Of a DNA stretch of 64,000 bases, positions 33,088 through 43,108 are shown in pieces. Under the pieces are notes generated by a model that saw only the letters and a program-made list of their open reading frames with translations, did not search any database and had not been told where the DNA came from. The stretch covers positions 608,001-672,000 of the forward strand of contig CBDASZ010000001.1 of NCBI GenBank assembly GCA_965199755.1, in the 5' to 3' direction. Source of the stretch: an uncultured candidatus Porisulfidus sp. (GTDB lineage: Bacteria; Pseudomonadota; Gammaproteobacteria; Poriferisulfidales; Poriferisulfidaceae). The position numbers were made by a program, and so were the translations under genes. Every line of letters begins with the position of its first letter. The stretch's first letter is position 1.

Positions 33088-34786
33088 GTTGCTCCTGCAG
33101 AAACGCGAGCACTTGATCCTGCGGGATGTGCTGGGCGTCTTCGCTGTCGCGGCGTCGGTATTCCAGTGTTCCGTCTTCCAGTCCGCGCGCGCTGATGACG
33201 ATGCGGTGCGGGATGCCGATCAGATCGGCTTCGGCGAACATGATTCCAGGGCGTAAGGCGCGATCGTCAAGCGCCACATCAATGTCCCGTTCGAGGCATT
33301 GCTGGTAGAGCCGCTCCGTCGCCTCAGCCACGGCGCTGTCCTGCTCCCCCCCGATCGGACACAGCAGCAACTGAAAGGGTGCCATGGCGTCGGTCCAGAT
33401 AATGCCGTTGTCGTCATGGCTTTGTTCGATCGCTGCGGCGACGATGCGGGTGAGGCCGATGCCGTAGCAGCCCATGGTGACAACCTGTTTTTGTCCCTCC
33501 GCGTCGAGCACTGAGCAGTTCATGGCACGGCTGTATTTGTCGCCCAACTGGAAGATGTGTCCCACCTCAATGCCCCGCGCGCTGCGCATCACACCCTTGC
33601 CGTCAGGGCTGGCTTCTCCGTCTTCCACGTTGCGCAGATCGCACACCGTGCCTAGAGTGGCATTGTGTTCCCAGTTGGCCCCGGTGTAGTGTTTGCCTTT
33701 GGTGTTGGCACCACACACGAAGTCCGAGAGCACGGCTGCTGCGGCATCGACATAGCAGGGCAGGTTCAGCTCGACCGGGCCGAGAAAGCCGGTGGGACAG
33801 CCCAGTTGCTCCTCGATCTCCTCGGCGCTGGCGAAGCGCAGCGGTGAGTCAATGCCGTGGAGTTTGGCTGTCTTGGTCGCGTTCAGCCGATGATCGCCGC
33901 GCAGAAACAGCGCGACCAGTGAATCATTCGGCGCATGCACGATCAGGGTCTTGAGCGTCCGCTCAGGCGGCACGCCCAAATGCTTGCAGACGTCTTCGAT
34001 CGTATGTTGATCGGGGGTGTCGACTTCATGCAGGGTTTCTTCCGGTTCCGGACGTGGGCTTTCAGGCGCGGGTGCCGGGGCGCGGTCGATGTTGGCCGCA
34101 TAGTCGGAGTTTTCGCAGTAGACGATCTCATCCTCGCCAGAATCGGCCAGCACATGAAACTCATGCGAGACGGCACCGCCGATCGTGCCGGAATCCGCCA
34201 GCACGTAGCGGTAGTGCAGGCCCAGTCGGTCAAAAACCCGGCAATAAGCCTGATGCATGTCCTCGTAGGTTTGCGTGAGGCTGTCGGCGTCCATGTGAAA
34301 GGAATACGCATCCTTCATAAGGAACTCGCGCGCCCGCATGACGCCGAAGCGCGGTCGAATCTCGTCTCGGAATTTGGTCTGGATCTGGTAGTAGTTGACT
34401 GGCAGTTGCCGGTAACTGTGCAATTCTCGCCGGGCCAGGTCGGTGATGACTTCCTCGTGGGTGGGTCCAAAGCAGAAGGTGCGTTCATGGCGGTCAGTCA
34501 GACGCAGCAGTTCCGGTCCGTACTGACTCCAGCGCCCGGATTCCTCCCATAATTCCGCCGGCTGCACGGCCGGCATCAGCAACTCCACGGCACCAGCGCG
34601 GTTCATTTCCTCGCGCACCACGGCTTCCACTTTTTGCAGCACGCGCAAGCCCAGCGGCATCCAGCTATACAAACCGGAGGCTAAAGAGCGCACCATTCCG
34701 GCGCGCACCATTAACTGATGGCTGACAACATCAGCATCCGCTGGCGTTTCGCGCAGCGTGTGCAAGGGGAATTGGGACAGGCGCAT
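33074..34786 (-). CDS. proS: Proline--tRNA ligase (with editing domain)
   Basis: [48 protein letters not shown]. Confidence 0.98.
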   Translation of the reverse strand: MRLSQFPLHTLRETPADADVVSHQLMVRAGMVRSLASGLYSWMPLGLRVLQKVEAVVREEMNRAGAVELLMPAVQPAELWEESGRWSQYGPELLRLTDRHERTFCFGPTHEEVITDLARRELHSYRQLPVNYYQIQTKFRDEIRPRFGVMRAREFLMKDAYSFHMDADSLTQTYEDMHQAYCRVFDRLGLHYRYVLADSGTIGGAVSHEFHVLADSGEDEIVYCENSDYAANIDRAPAPAPESPRPEPEETLHEVDTPDQHTIEDVCKHLGVPPERTLKTLIVHAPNDSLVALFLRGDHRLNATKTAKLHGIDSPLRFASAEEIEEQLGCPTGFLGPVELNLPCYVDAAAAVLSDFVCGANTKGKHYTGANWEHNATLGTVCDLRNVEDGEASPDGKGVMRSARGIEVGHIFQLGDKYSRAMNCSVLDAEGQKQVVTMGCYGIGLTRIVAAAIEQSHDDNGIIWTDAMAPFQLLLCPIGGEQDSAVAEATERLYQQCLERDIDVALDDRALRPGIMFAEADLIGIPHRIVISARGLEDGTLEYRRRDSEDAQHIPQDQVLAFLQEQLTAA

Positions 34787-34911
34787 TTGAGTTATTGTAG
34801 TATGATTGAAATTTTGGGCATGACAAGCGCGCCGGTTGTCATGTTGTCGGGCCCAGATTTGACAATACAGTACCATAGCGCAAACGCCGCCACTGCGAGG
34901 CACCCACCCCG

Positions 34912-35817
34912 ATGTCTGACCGACGCCTGAAGGCTTTCTACACCGTCGCGCGGCTGTCCAACTTCACCAAGGCGGCAAAAGCCTTGCATTTGACGCAGCC
35001 TGCGGTGACCTTCCAGATCCGCCAGCTGGAGGATTACTACAAGGTCAGGTTGTTTGATCGCCGGCATAACCGCATCACTTTGACCGAACCGGGGCGCAAG
35101 ATGTACGAATACGCGGAGCAGGTGTTTCGCGTGTACGATGAAATGGAAGCGGCCATGAGCCGCATTGTGGGCGATTTAAGCGGTCCGGTCACGATCGGCG
35201 CGAGCAATACGATCGCGGTCTACATGCTGCCGCGCCTGCTGCGCGAATTTCGGGTCGAGCACCCGGAAATGGCCTTGCGCATGAAAATCTCGAATACCGA
35301 AGGAGTGGCCGAGATGGTTGAGAGCGGCACAGTGGATTTGGGGATTGTCGAGGGGCCGGTCGGCGGTCGCCCACTACAGGTGGAGATGTATAAAATGGAC
35401 GAACTGGTGGCGATTGCGCTGCCGTCGCATCCTCTGTTGAGCACTACGCCGGTGCGCATCAGTCAGGTTTTGGACTACCCGTTTATCATTCGGGAAGAGG
35501 GCTCCGGCACACGGGAAGTCATTATGAATTACTTGCGCCGACAACGTGTTAACGCTGATCGCATGGATATCGTAATGGAACTGGGCGGTCTGGACGCTAT
35601 CAAGGGCGCGGTGGAAGCCGGCATGGGCGTCTCAATCCTATCCCGTGAGACTCTGCACAAGGAACTGGAACTGGGCACTCTGGGCTGCGCCTCGTTGTCG
35701 CCGCCGATGACTCGCAAACTCTCGCTGGTGAGTGTCAACCAGCCGCATCGCCCGCCCTCAGTGGCGGCGCTGATGAACTTCGCGATGCGTTTCGCCACCG
35801 GATCGGAGGCAGCATGA
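34912..35817 (+). CDS. LysR-family regulator (CysL/CmpR-like)
   Basis: [44 protein letters not shown]. Confidence 0.92.
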   Translation: MSDRRLKAFYTVARLSNFTKAAKALHLTQPAVTFQIRQLEDYYKVRLFDRRHNRITLTEPGRKMYEYAEQVFRVYDEMEAAMSRIVGDLSGPVTIGASNTIAVYMLPRLLREFRVEHPEMALRMKISNTEGVAEMVESGTVDLGIVEGPVGGRPLQVEMYKMDELVAIALPSHPLLSTTPVRISQVLDYPFIIREEGSGTREVIMNYLRRQRVNADRMDIVMELGGLDAIKGAVEAGMGVSILSRETLHKELELGTLGCASLSPPMTRKLSLVSVNQPHRPPSVAALMNFAMRFATGSEAA

Positions 35818-36881
35818 GGAAATCCTTACAAGACTGGTGGCAGCGCCACTTCAGCGACCCGCAACTGCCGGCGCTGCTGGTAATGCTTCTGCTCGGTCTG
35901 GGCGTGGCGCTGTGGGTTGGAGACTTGTTGGTGCCGGTGCTGGTCAGCATATTGCTGGCGTACATTCTGGAAGGGCCGATTCGGGTACTGGAGCAGCGCG
36001 TGGGCCGTCTCACGGCACTGCTGCTGGTGTATCTGCTGTTTGTCGCCAGCATTCTGGTGCTGATGTTATGGCTGGTGCCGCAATTGTCGCAACAGATCGT
36101 CGAGTTGGTGACGAGGATGCCGAGCATGCTGGCGGCAGCGCAAGCCTGGGTGGAAGCGTTGCCGCAACTGTACCCTGATCTGGTCAGCCCGCTGCAGGCG
36201 GAACAGATTTTGATGTCCATTCGTGCCGAGATGCTGGCGTTTGGCGATGAGGTGATCCGGTTTTCAGTGAATACGGTGGTCGACGCGCTGTCGCTGGTGG
36301 TGTACGCCATACTGGTGCCGATGCTTGTGTTCTTTCTGCTGAAGGACAAGTGGCGCATTCTGGACTGGGTGCGTCAGTACCTGCCGAACCCACAGTCTCT
36401 GAGCCGTCAGGTGCTGCACGAGATGAACCTGAAAGTGTCCAGTTATCTGCGCGGCAAACTGATCGAGATTCTGGTAGTGTGGGCGGCGACTTTCGTGGTA
36501 TTTTTGCTGTTCGGTCTGCAATACGCCTTGCTGCTGTCGTTTCTGGTCGGCTTGTCGGTCATTATTCCTTATGTCGGCGCGGTGGTGGTGACTATTCCGG
36601 TGATGCTGGTGGGGGCCTCCCAGTGGGGCGCGACGCCGCAGTTCGCCTGGATGTTTCTGTCGTATCTAGTGGTGCAGTTTCTCGACGGCAACGTGCTGGT
36701 GCCATTGCTGTTCGCCGAAGTGGTGGACTTGCATCCGGTCGCAATTCTTACTGCGATTCTGGTGTTTGGCGGATTATGGGGCGTGTGGGGAGTGCTGCTT
36801 GCGATCCCGCTGGCGTCTCTGATTGATGTGGTGTTGCGTCTGTGGCCGAAAGCGCGCCAGTCCGACGTAGGACCCGGATAA
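35814..36881 (+). CDS. perM: AI-2E family permease (PerM-like)
   Basis: RHFSDPQ, VPMLVFFLLKD, YLRGK, IPYVGA, QFLDGNVLVP, LHPVAI. Confidence 0.88.
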   Translation: MRKSLQDWWQRHFSDPQLPALLVMLLLGLGVALWVGDLLVPVLVSILLAYILEGPIRVLEQRVGRLTALLLVYLLFVASILVLMLWLVPQLSQQIVELVTRMPSMLAAAQAWVEALPQLYPDLVSPLQAEQILMSIRAEMLAFGDEVIRFSVNTVVDALSLVVYAILVPMLVFFLLKDKWRILDWVRQYLPNPQSLSRQVLHEMNLKVSSYLRGKLIEILVVWAATFVVFLLFGLQYALLLSFLVGLSVIIPYVGAVVVTIPVMLVGASQWGATPQFAWMFLSYLVVQFLDGNVLVPLLFAEVVDLHPVAILTAILVFGGLWGVWGVLLAIPLASLIDVVLRLWPKARQSDVGPG

Positions 36882-36884
36882 AAC

Positions 36885-37373
36885 TCAGGCGCGTTTCTTT
36901 GTAGTCTCGATCAGGGTATCGAGGACTTCCTGCGCGTGTTCGGGCACGCGCACTTTGCGCCAGATGCGCACCACCACGCCTTCCGGGTCGATCAAAAAGG
37001 TGCTGCGCTCAATGCCGCGCACTTTGCGCCCGTACATGTTCTTGAGTTTCATTACATCGTAGCGGCCGCAGGCGACCTCCTCAGGGTCAGATACCAAATC
37101 AAAAGGGAACTTGTGTTTGGCCTTGAAGTTTTCGTGCGTCTTGACGGAATCGCGAGACAGGCCGAGCACGACGGTCTTGCGGCGTCTGAAGCGGGTGTGC
37201 AGGGTGCGAAAATCCTGACCCTCGGTGACGCAGCCGGGCGTGTGATCTTTCGGATAGAAATACAGCACCACAAACTGTCCGCGCAAGTCGGACAGACGGA
37301 GGTTTTTGTTGCCGGTCACCGGCAGTTCAAAATCAGGAGCGGTCTTGCCTTCCCGGGGAGTGGTTCGTGCCAT
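36885..37373 (-). CDS. bcp: Peroxiredoxin Bcp
   Basis: LYFYPKDHTPGCVTEG, GIERSTFLID. Confidence 0.93.
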   Translation of the reverse strand: MARTTPREGKTAPDFELPVTGNKNLRLSDLRGQFVVLYFYPKDHTPGCVTEGQDFRTLHTRFRRRKTVVLGLSRDSVKTHENFKAKHKFPFDLVSDPEEVACGRYDVMKLKNMYGRKVRGIERSTFLIDPEGVVVRIWRKVRVPEHAQEVLDTLIETTKKRA

Positions 37374-37569
37374 GCTGTTGAGGTTTTATCCTTCAAAGTT
37401 TGGATTTTCAGCATATCACACTTGTTTGCGACCGGTGGGGTGGAGGAGCCGGCGCGCCAAAATCGGTTGGCATGTCTCTCGCGACGCAGATTGAACCGGG
37501 AGATGTGGCTCCGACAGGCACGCTGGTTCCCTGTATAATCAACACACCTGATCGACATCGTAACTAGTT

Positions 37570-37926
37570 ATGGAAGGCCACCACTTCGAACTTGATGCCG
37601 AAAACTCCGACAACGCCATCACCATTACGGTCGGGGGCCGCGTTGATGGCGCTAACGCTGAGGATCTGCATGCACGCCTTGATGAGATGGTTAACGCCCA
37701 AGACACAAAACCCATATTGCTCGATCTCCACAAATTGACGTACATCAGTAGTGCGGGTTTGCGAACAGTTTTGCGAGTTGCTCAAGCCATGAAGGGCAAA
37801 GGCCTGTACTTTGCATTGGTCGGTCTGCCGCCGCACATCAAGGAGGTTGTGCAGCTCACAGGGTTCGACAAGATCATTGATGTTCAGGACAACCTTTCTT
37901 CTGCGATCCAAAATATCACCAGATAA
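37570..37926 (+). CDS. STAS-domain anti-sigma factor antagonist
   Basis: GRVDG, LDLHKLTYISSAGLR (phosphorylatable Ser), EVVQLTGF; TATAAT at 37534-37539. Confidence 0.92.
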   Translation: MEGHHFELDAENSDNAITITVGGRVDGANAEDLHARLDEMVNAQDTKPILLDLHKLTYISSAGLRTVLRVAQAMKGKGLYFALVGLPPHIKEVVQLTGFDKIIDVQDNLSSAIQNITR

Positions 37927-38074
37927 TGAGCAGTCGCTTGTACGCCATGATCACCCTGATTTGCTCTAAGTGGGAAATGCGACTGATTTCCTTAATACCC
38001 GCTCGCCAGTGCATGACCCCTGTCATGCGCGCCGGTGCGCCAAGCGGCACCCTTATATATAAGGAAGGCGCATT

Positions 38075-39682
38075 GTGAGTACTCCCACGCAAGACTTGGC
38101 GAACACGCATATTCTGGTGGTCGACAACGAAAAAGATCTCGAGCCGGTGATCCGCCAGCACATGCAGCAGGAGATCAGTGACCGCCGCTACAGTTTCGAG
38201 TTCGTCAATAGCGGTCTGGCGGCCCTTGATCGGCTGCGCGCCAACGAGCGGTTCGACATTATCCTGACGGACGTTGACGTCTCTGTGATGGGCGGTGCCA
38301 ATTTGCTGGAGGAGATTCCGAAGATAGCGGCCAAGATTACCGCCAGTCTGGTGATCGCCGAGAACGACATGCAAAACATCCACACCGCTATGCGCCACGG
38401 TGCGTTCAGCTTCATTCCCAAGCCGCTGGACATCACCGACCTTAAGGTCACCATCGAGCGCGCAGTGGACAACCTCGGCCAGTTGCGCGAAGTCAAGTCG
38501 CTGCGTTCGCGGCTGCACACTCTGGAGCATGAGTTGCATATGGCGCAGACCTTGCAGGAACGGATTCTTCCGACCACGTTCCCGAAAACCAAGGACTATG
38601 ACATATATGCCGACATGGTGGCCGCTCATTCTGTCGGCGGTGACTTCTATGATGTGTTCGATCTGGATCGGGGGCACGTGGGCGTTTTGATCGCCGACGT
38701 TTCTGACAAAGGCATTCCCGCTGCCATGTTCATGATGGCCAGCCGCACCTTGCTGAAAGCTTGCGCGGCCTGTTCCGTGTCACCCTCTCAGGTTCTTGGG
38801 CAGGTCAACTACCTGCTGTCGCAAGATAACGAAGCCATGAATTTCGTGACCTTGTTCTACGGAATTTACGACCCGGAAACCGGAAAACTCAAGTACACCA
38901 ATGCCGGACACAATTGCCCGGTGCTGATCCAGCCAGGGAAGGAACCGGAGTTGCTGTATCCGACCAGCGACATTGCTTTGGGGGTCGCCGAGGACTTCCA
39001 GTTCAGTGAGAAGACTGTAACGCTGCCTCCGGGCAGCATCGTCGTGCTCTACACAGATGGTGTCTCGGAGGCGGAGCGTCAGGACAACAGAATGTTTGGC
39101 ATGGGCCGCCTCATGCGGGTGTTTCAGGAAAAAGAGGTGACTGATAACGCCAAGGTAGCGACTGAGGCCGTATTTCAGGCGGTTGAGGATTTCACTGAAG
39201 GCAATGAACAGTCCGATGACATCACCTGCCTGGTTCTGCGTACCTGCAAACCCAGTCCTCATGTCGTGCTGGAGTCACATACGCTGACGATTCCCAACCG
39301 GATTGAGGAAATTCGCACGGTGCACAAAGCGCTTCAGGAATACTCCAAGAAAATCGGCATGCCACCCGATAAGTTCTCGCAGATACAGCTGGCGCTGGAA
39401 GAACTGGTGATCAATATCATTTTCTATGCGCATAAGGACAAGAAGGTGCACCAGATTCAGGTCAACTTCTCCGCAACAGAGAATACACTCACGATCGAGT
39501 TGGTGGATGACGGGATAGCCTTCGACCCGTTGAGCGATGCGCCGAAAATGGATACGGAAAAGAGTTTGGAGGAGCGCCCTCTTGGATGTGCCGGCATCGC
39601 ATTGGCCCAGCAGTTTCTCACCAGCATTGAGTATCGGCGCACCGGTAAGCACAACCGCTTGAAGTTGACCTACGATTTTTGA
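38075..39682 (+). CDS. Receiver-PP2C(SpoIIE) phosphatase-anti-sigma kinase (HATPase) fusion
   Basis: ILVVDNE/ILTD/FIPKP receiver; VGGDFYD, IADVSDKG, NAGHN, YTDGVSEA, QSDDIT PP2C; EELVINI, DDGIAFDP kinase. Confidence 0.9.
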   Translation: MSTPTQDLANTHILVVDNEKDLEPVIRQHMQQEISDRRYSFEFVNSGLAALDRLRANERFDIILTDVDVSVMGGANLLEEIPKIAAKITASLVIAENDMQNIHTAMRHGAFSFIPKPLDITDLKVTIERAVDNLGQLREVKSLRSRLHTLEHELHMAQTLQERILPTTFPKTKDYDIYADMVAAHSVGGDFYDVFDLDRGHVGVLIADVSDKGIPAAMFMMASRTLLKACAACSVSPSQVLGQVNYLLSQDNEAMNFVTLFYGIYDPETGKLKYTNAGHNCPVLIQPGKEPELLYPTSDIALGVAEDFQFSEKTVTLPPGSIVVLYTDGVSEAERQDNRMFGMGRLMRVFQEKEVTDNAKVATEAVFQAVEDFTEGNEQSDDITCLVLRTCKPSPHVVLESHTLTIPNRIEEIRTVHKALQEYSKKIGMPPDKFSQIQLALEELVINIIFYAHKDKKVHQIQVNFSATENTLTIELVDDGIAFDPLSDAPKMDTEKSLEERPLGCAGIALAQQFLTSIEYRRTGKHNRLKLTYDF

Positions 39683-39800
39683 TGCTACCCGGTGTTTCGG
39701 GCTGGGCCATGGCGATAGCCGCAAATGTTATCAAGAGGCTCCCGGCCTCCAACTGAGTAAGCCGGAACCGCTACCGGCAATCTAGTCCGACGAAATTGAA

Positions 39801-39818
39801 ACGCGCCTTTTTGCGCGT
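39801..39818 (-). terminator. Probable terminator hairpin downstream of ispH
   Basis: ACGCGC-N6-GCGCGT followed by TTCAATTT on the minus strand. Confidence 0.45.
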
Positions 39819-39826
39819 CGACGCAC

Positions 39827-40804
39827 TCAGCTGTCTGTGGCCTGAGTTTCTCTGGCTTCGCGCTCTTTTTGCAGGCTGAGCGGCAGCGGGAAGTAGACGT
39901 TTTCCTGCTCCCCGTCCATGGTCGACAACTCAATCTCCATGTAGTCGCGTAAGATGGCCAGCAACTCCTGCACCAGTTCATCAGGTGTGGAGGCACCAGC
40001 CGTGATACCAATGGTCTCTTTGCCTTCCCACCAGGTCGGCTCCACCTGATCTGGTTCCTCAACCAGATAACTTGGTACGCCGCTGTCCCGGCCCACTTCG
40101 CATAGCCGGTTCGAGTTGGAACTGTTATGTGCGCCGACCACCAGAATCAGGTCCACCTGCGCCGCCAGTTTTCGCACCGCGGCCTGACGGTTCTGTGTCG
40201 CATAGCAAATGTCCTTGGTGTTCGGCCCGATGATTTTCGGGAAACGCTTCTGCAGTGCCTGAATAATGTTGCGCGTGTCATCCACTGACAGCGTGGTCTG
40301 CGTGATGTAGGCGACCTTGTCCGGGTTGCGAACCTCCAGAGTTTCAATGTCGGTCACTTCGCTCACCAGCAGCACGTGCCCCTTGATCTGTCCGAGCGTT
40401 CCCTCGACTTCAGGATGATCCTTGTGCCCGATCAAAATGATGTCGTAGTCCTTGCGTTCATAGTGCTGTCCCTGTTTGTGCACCTTCGTCACCAGCGGGC
40501 AGGTCGCATCAATCGACTGTAAGTTTCGATCCTTGGCCTTCTGAATGACCTTGGAAGACACTCCGTGCGCGCTGAAAATCGCAATGCTACCATCCGGTAC
40601 CTGGTCGAGTTTATCCACGAAGCGCACGCCCTTGGCGCGCAAGTCCTGCACCACTCGCTGGTTATGCACGATCTCATGGCGCATATAAATCGGCGCGTCG
40701 TAAAACTCTGCCGCCTGATCGACAATCGTGATGGCGCGGTCTACACCGGCACAAAAACCGCGCGGCTGGGCCAGTATCACTTTCATGGTTTTCTTTTCTT
40801 TCAT
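39827..40804 (-). CDS. ispH: 4-hydroxy-3-methylbut-2-enyl diphosphate reductase
   Basis: PRGFCAGV, EIVHN, FSAHG, DATCPLV, HPEV, DICYATQNRQ, SSNSNRL, TAGAS. Confidence 0.97.
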   Translation of the reverse strand: MKEKKTMKVILAQPRGFCAGVDRAITIVDQAAEFYDAPIYMRHEIVHNQRVVQDLRAKGVRFVDKLDQVPDGSIAIFSAHGVSSKVIQKAKDRNLQSIDATCPLVTKVHKQGQHYERKDYDIILIGHKDHPEVEGTLGQIKGHVLLVSEVTDIETLEVRNPDKVAYITQTTLSVDDTRNIIQALQKRFPKIIGPNTKDICYATQNRQAAVRKLAAQVDLILVVGAHNSSNSNRLCEVGRDSGVPSYLVEEPDQVEPTWWEGKETIGITAGASTPDELVQELLAILRDYMEIELSTMDGEQENVYFPLPLSLQKEREARETQATDS

Positions 40805-40821
40805 GGGAGTCTCCTTTTGAA

Positions 40822-41931
40822 TTAATTTTCAGCCGCCGGCACATAGCCGTAAGAATCTGTGTCCACATATGGTAGCCCCGCCATGGCCAGCCGAAACATC
40901 AGTTTCAAGGCAAGGTTGGAGCGCACGAACAAGCGTGTCATCGCCACTATGCCCTTGACGCTGCGCCGTGAGATCTTGACTTCCGCGCCAGTGCGGTAAT
41001 GCGGGTTGGCGTGAATGCGGCGCAAGCTCAATACCGCCATGCCCGCCGCCCACAGACAGTGCAGTCGAATGCCCGTCTCATGCGGGGGAATCAAAAGCGT
41101 GTAGCGCACCGCGTGGCTGAGATGATTGCGCGCTTCCGCCACCAGTCGGTTGAGCCCTTTCTCAAAGGCCTCACCACCGCCGCCCGCTTCAACCTGTCCG
41201 ATGGTGCAGCCTTCGGCCTGAAACACATCGCGCGCCAGCCAGCAGGCACCGCGCTCCTTGTCTTCCCAAATATCCTTCAGAATATTCGTCATCTGCAAGC
41301 CTTGTCCAAACGACACTGACAACTTCATCATCTCTTCGCGCTGCGCATAAATCTCCTCGGAGTGCCTACTGAACAAATCCGCCAGCATCTCACCGACCAC
41401 GCCGGCCACGTAGTAGCAATACTTGTCCATGTGCGGAATGTTATCAAGCCCCTCAGGCGTCGCCTGCTCCTGAAACTCATACATGCCTTGCGCCATGACC
41501 CGAACGCAGCGCTCCAGAATGCGGCGCTGTGTTTCTGTGAAGGAATGCGTGATGCGAATGACGCGCGCCGTGTTGGCGACCAGATCATGCTCCGCGTTCA
41601 GTGTCTCATCAGACAGCAATCGCCCAAGATCGCGCGCGAAATTCTCCGCAGGCTCATCGCCTTTGACGACCGCGACAAACTGATCCCAGAATACGCGCTT
41701 TTGCGCTATCGGCACGGCCGGCTCATCTTCAATGGTGTCATTGATGCGGCACAGAAGATAGCCATTGCTGACGATTGCGCGCAAGGCTTCTGGCAGTTGC
41801 GGAATGGTGAAGGCGAACGTGCGGGACACGCCTTGTAAAGCCACTTCTTGATAGGCCAGATCCTCTTCGATCGACTGTTCGTGGTGTGCTGTCACCGCTG
41901 CCTCCGAACTACCTGACTGTGAGCGATTCAT
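40822..41931 (-). CDS. Squalene/phytoene synthase family enzyme, probably single-enzyme squalene synthase
   Basis: VSRTFAFTI, LCRINDTIEDE, YCYYVAGVVG, GLQMTNILKDIWED, VKISR. Confidence 0.85.
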   Translation of the reverse strand: MNRSQSGSSEAAVTAHHEQSIEEDLAYQEVALQGVSRTFAFTIPQLPEALRAIVSNGYLLCRINDTIEDEPAVPIAQKRVFWDQFVAVVKGDEPAENFARDLGRLLSDETLNAEHDLVANTARVIRITHSFTETQRRILERCVRVMAQGMYEFQEQATPEGLDNIPHMDKYCYYVAGVVGEMLADLFSRHSEEIYAQREEMMKLSVSFGQGLQMTNILKDIWEDKERGACWLARDVFQAEGCTIGQVEAGGGGEAFEKGLNRLVAEARNHLSHAVRYTLLIPPHETGIRLHCLWAAGMAVLSLRRIHANPHYRTGAEVKISRRSVKGIVAMTRLFVRSNLALKLMFRLAMAGLPYVDTDSYGYVPAAEN

Positions 41932-42028
41932 GCGGACTATTATAACCCGCGATTTGGCAAATGAGCCATAAATTCAGTGCGATTAACTATTGCATATAGT
42001 CAGAATATCAACAGCATCCGCGCGAAAT

Positions 42029-42856
42029 CTACCGCACCCGCTTCAGGCCGGTCTTGGTGAAGTCGCGGGCAGCCATATCCGTCTGAAACTGATAGTCCGT
42101 CCACTCCATGATGGTGCTTTTGCCGGTCACGTGATTGATCATCGACCACAGGCCGCCGCGCCAGTACTGATCCAGATACTGCTGGTAGCCTTCAATGGTC
42201 AGCGTTTTCATGTGCGTGTCCTTGCGGTCGTAGAAGTGGATTTGCTGAATCCGCAATTCCGCCTCGTCATACCAGACGATCTGACGCTTGTACCCTGAAT
42301 CCTTTTCGGCCGGGTAGCGCTCCAGCATCAGGCAGGTCATCTCCCCGCACGGCTCATCGCCCAGATAGCGATAGGTGAACTTTTCCACTTCCTGAGAGGA
42401 CAGGTCTTCGTATGAGAACTCACTGCCCATAAAGGAGCCAGACTTGTTGGAAGCGCTGATGCGTTTGACGCGCTTCAGTGCCGGCAGATACAACCACTGG
42501 TCATCCGCGGTGTCCTTGTGCGCGTGGATCAGCAAGGCCGTGCCCTTGACATCGCGCGGGCTGTCAAAAACAAACAGGCTGCGATCGCCGTCATCCTTCA
42601 TTTCCAGAGACTTGACGCGCAGGCGGCGGACGCTCTCCTTGCCTTGCTTGTTGCGCAGGGTCATGGTTTGTTTGACCGTAGAGTTTCCGAATCCGTCATC
42701 TTTTGCACTCGCGGCTTGCGCGAGTTTCAGACCTTGCGCCTCCGGCGACTCTTCCGCATAAACGGTCGGCAGCGCGGCGGCAAGTGAGAGGGAAAGACCG
42801 CAAAGCGCGGCCATCAGGCGGGTACGGCGCGAGTTCAAAGAGGGGAGTGCGTCCAT
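42029..42856 (-). CDS. Outer-membrane lipoprotein-sorting (LolA-like) periplasmic protein
   Basis: Signal peptide, FDSPRDVKGTALL, DDQWLYLPALKRVKRI, SFMGSEFSYED; GGAGG RBS. Confidence 0.88.
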   Translation of the reverse strand: MDALPSLNSRRTRLMAALCGLSLSLAAALPTVYAEESPEAQGLKLAQAASAKDDGFGNSTVKQTMTLRNKQGKESVRRLRVKSLEMKDDGDRSLFVFDSPRDVKGTALLIHAHKDTADDQWLYLPALKRVKRISASNKSGSFMGSEFSYEDLSSQEVEKFTYRYLGDEPCGEMTCLMLERYPAEKDSGYKRQIVWYDEAELRIQQIHFYDRKDTHMKTLTIEGYQQYLDQYWRGGLWSMINHVTGKSTIMEWTDYQFQTDMAARDFTKTGLKRVR

Positions 42857-43108
42857 GAGTTAATCCTCCGAATAGGGTGAAACAGTATTCCCGCCGAGTC
42901 CTCTGTGAGGCAGTCGGGACAGGGCAAATTCATGCAGCGAAAGTCGCACGATTGAATGCAGCATCGGATGCAGAGTTATTGAGCGAACTTGAAATCTCAT
43001 TGTAAGGCACAAAAACAGAGGTGACAGATTCCCTTCGGCAAACTCCGTTCCAACACGCCTTTCCCCTATAATTCCCCTAACTTCCGCATTCGCAGTCTCG
43101 TTATCCGT

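Noticed and set aside
42919-42960. ACAGGGCAAA..GCGAAAG resembling the start of a c-di-GMP-I riboswitch
   Set aside because: The following GACGCAAA and P2 elements are missing, and it lies upstream of the likely dapA -10 (TATAAT at 43067).
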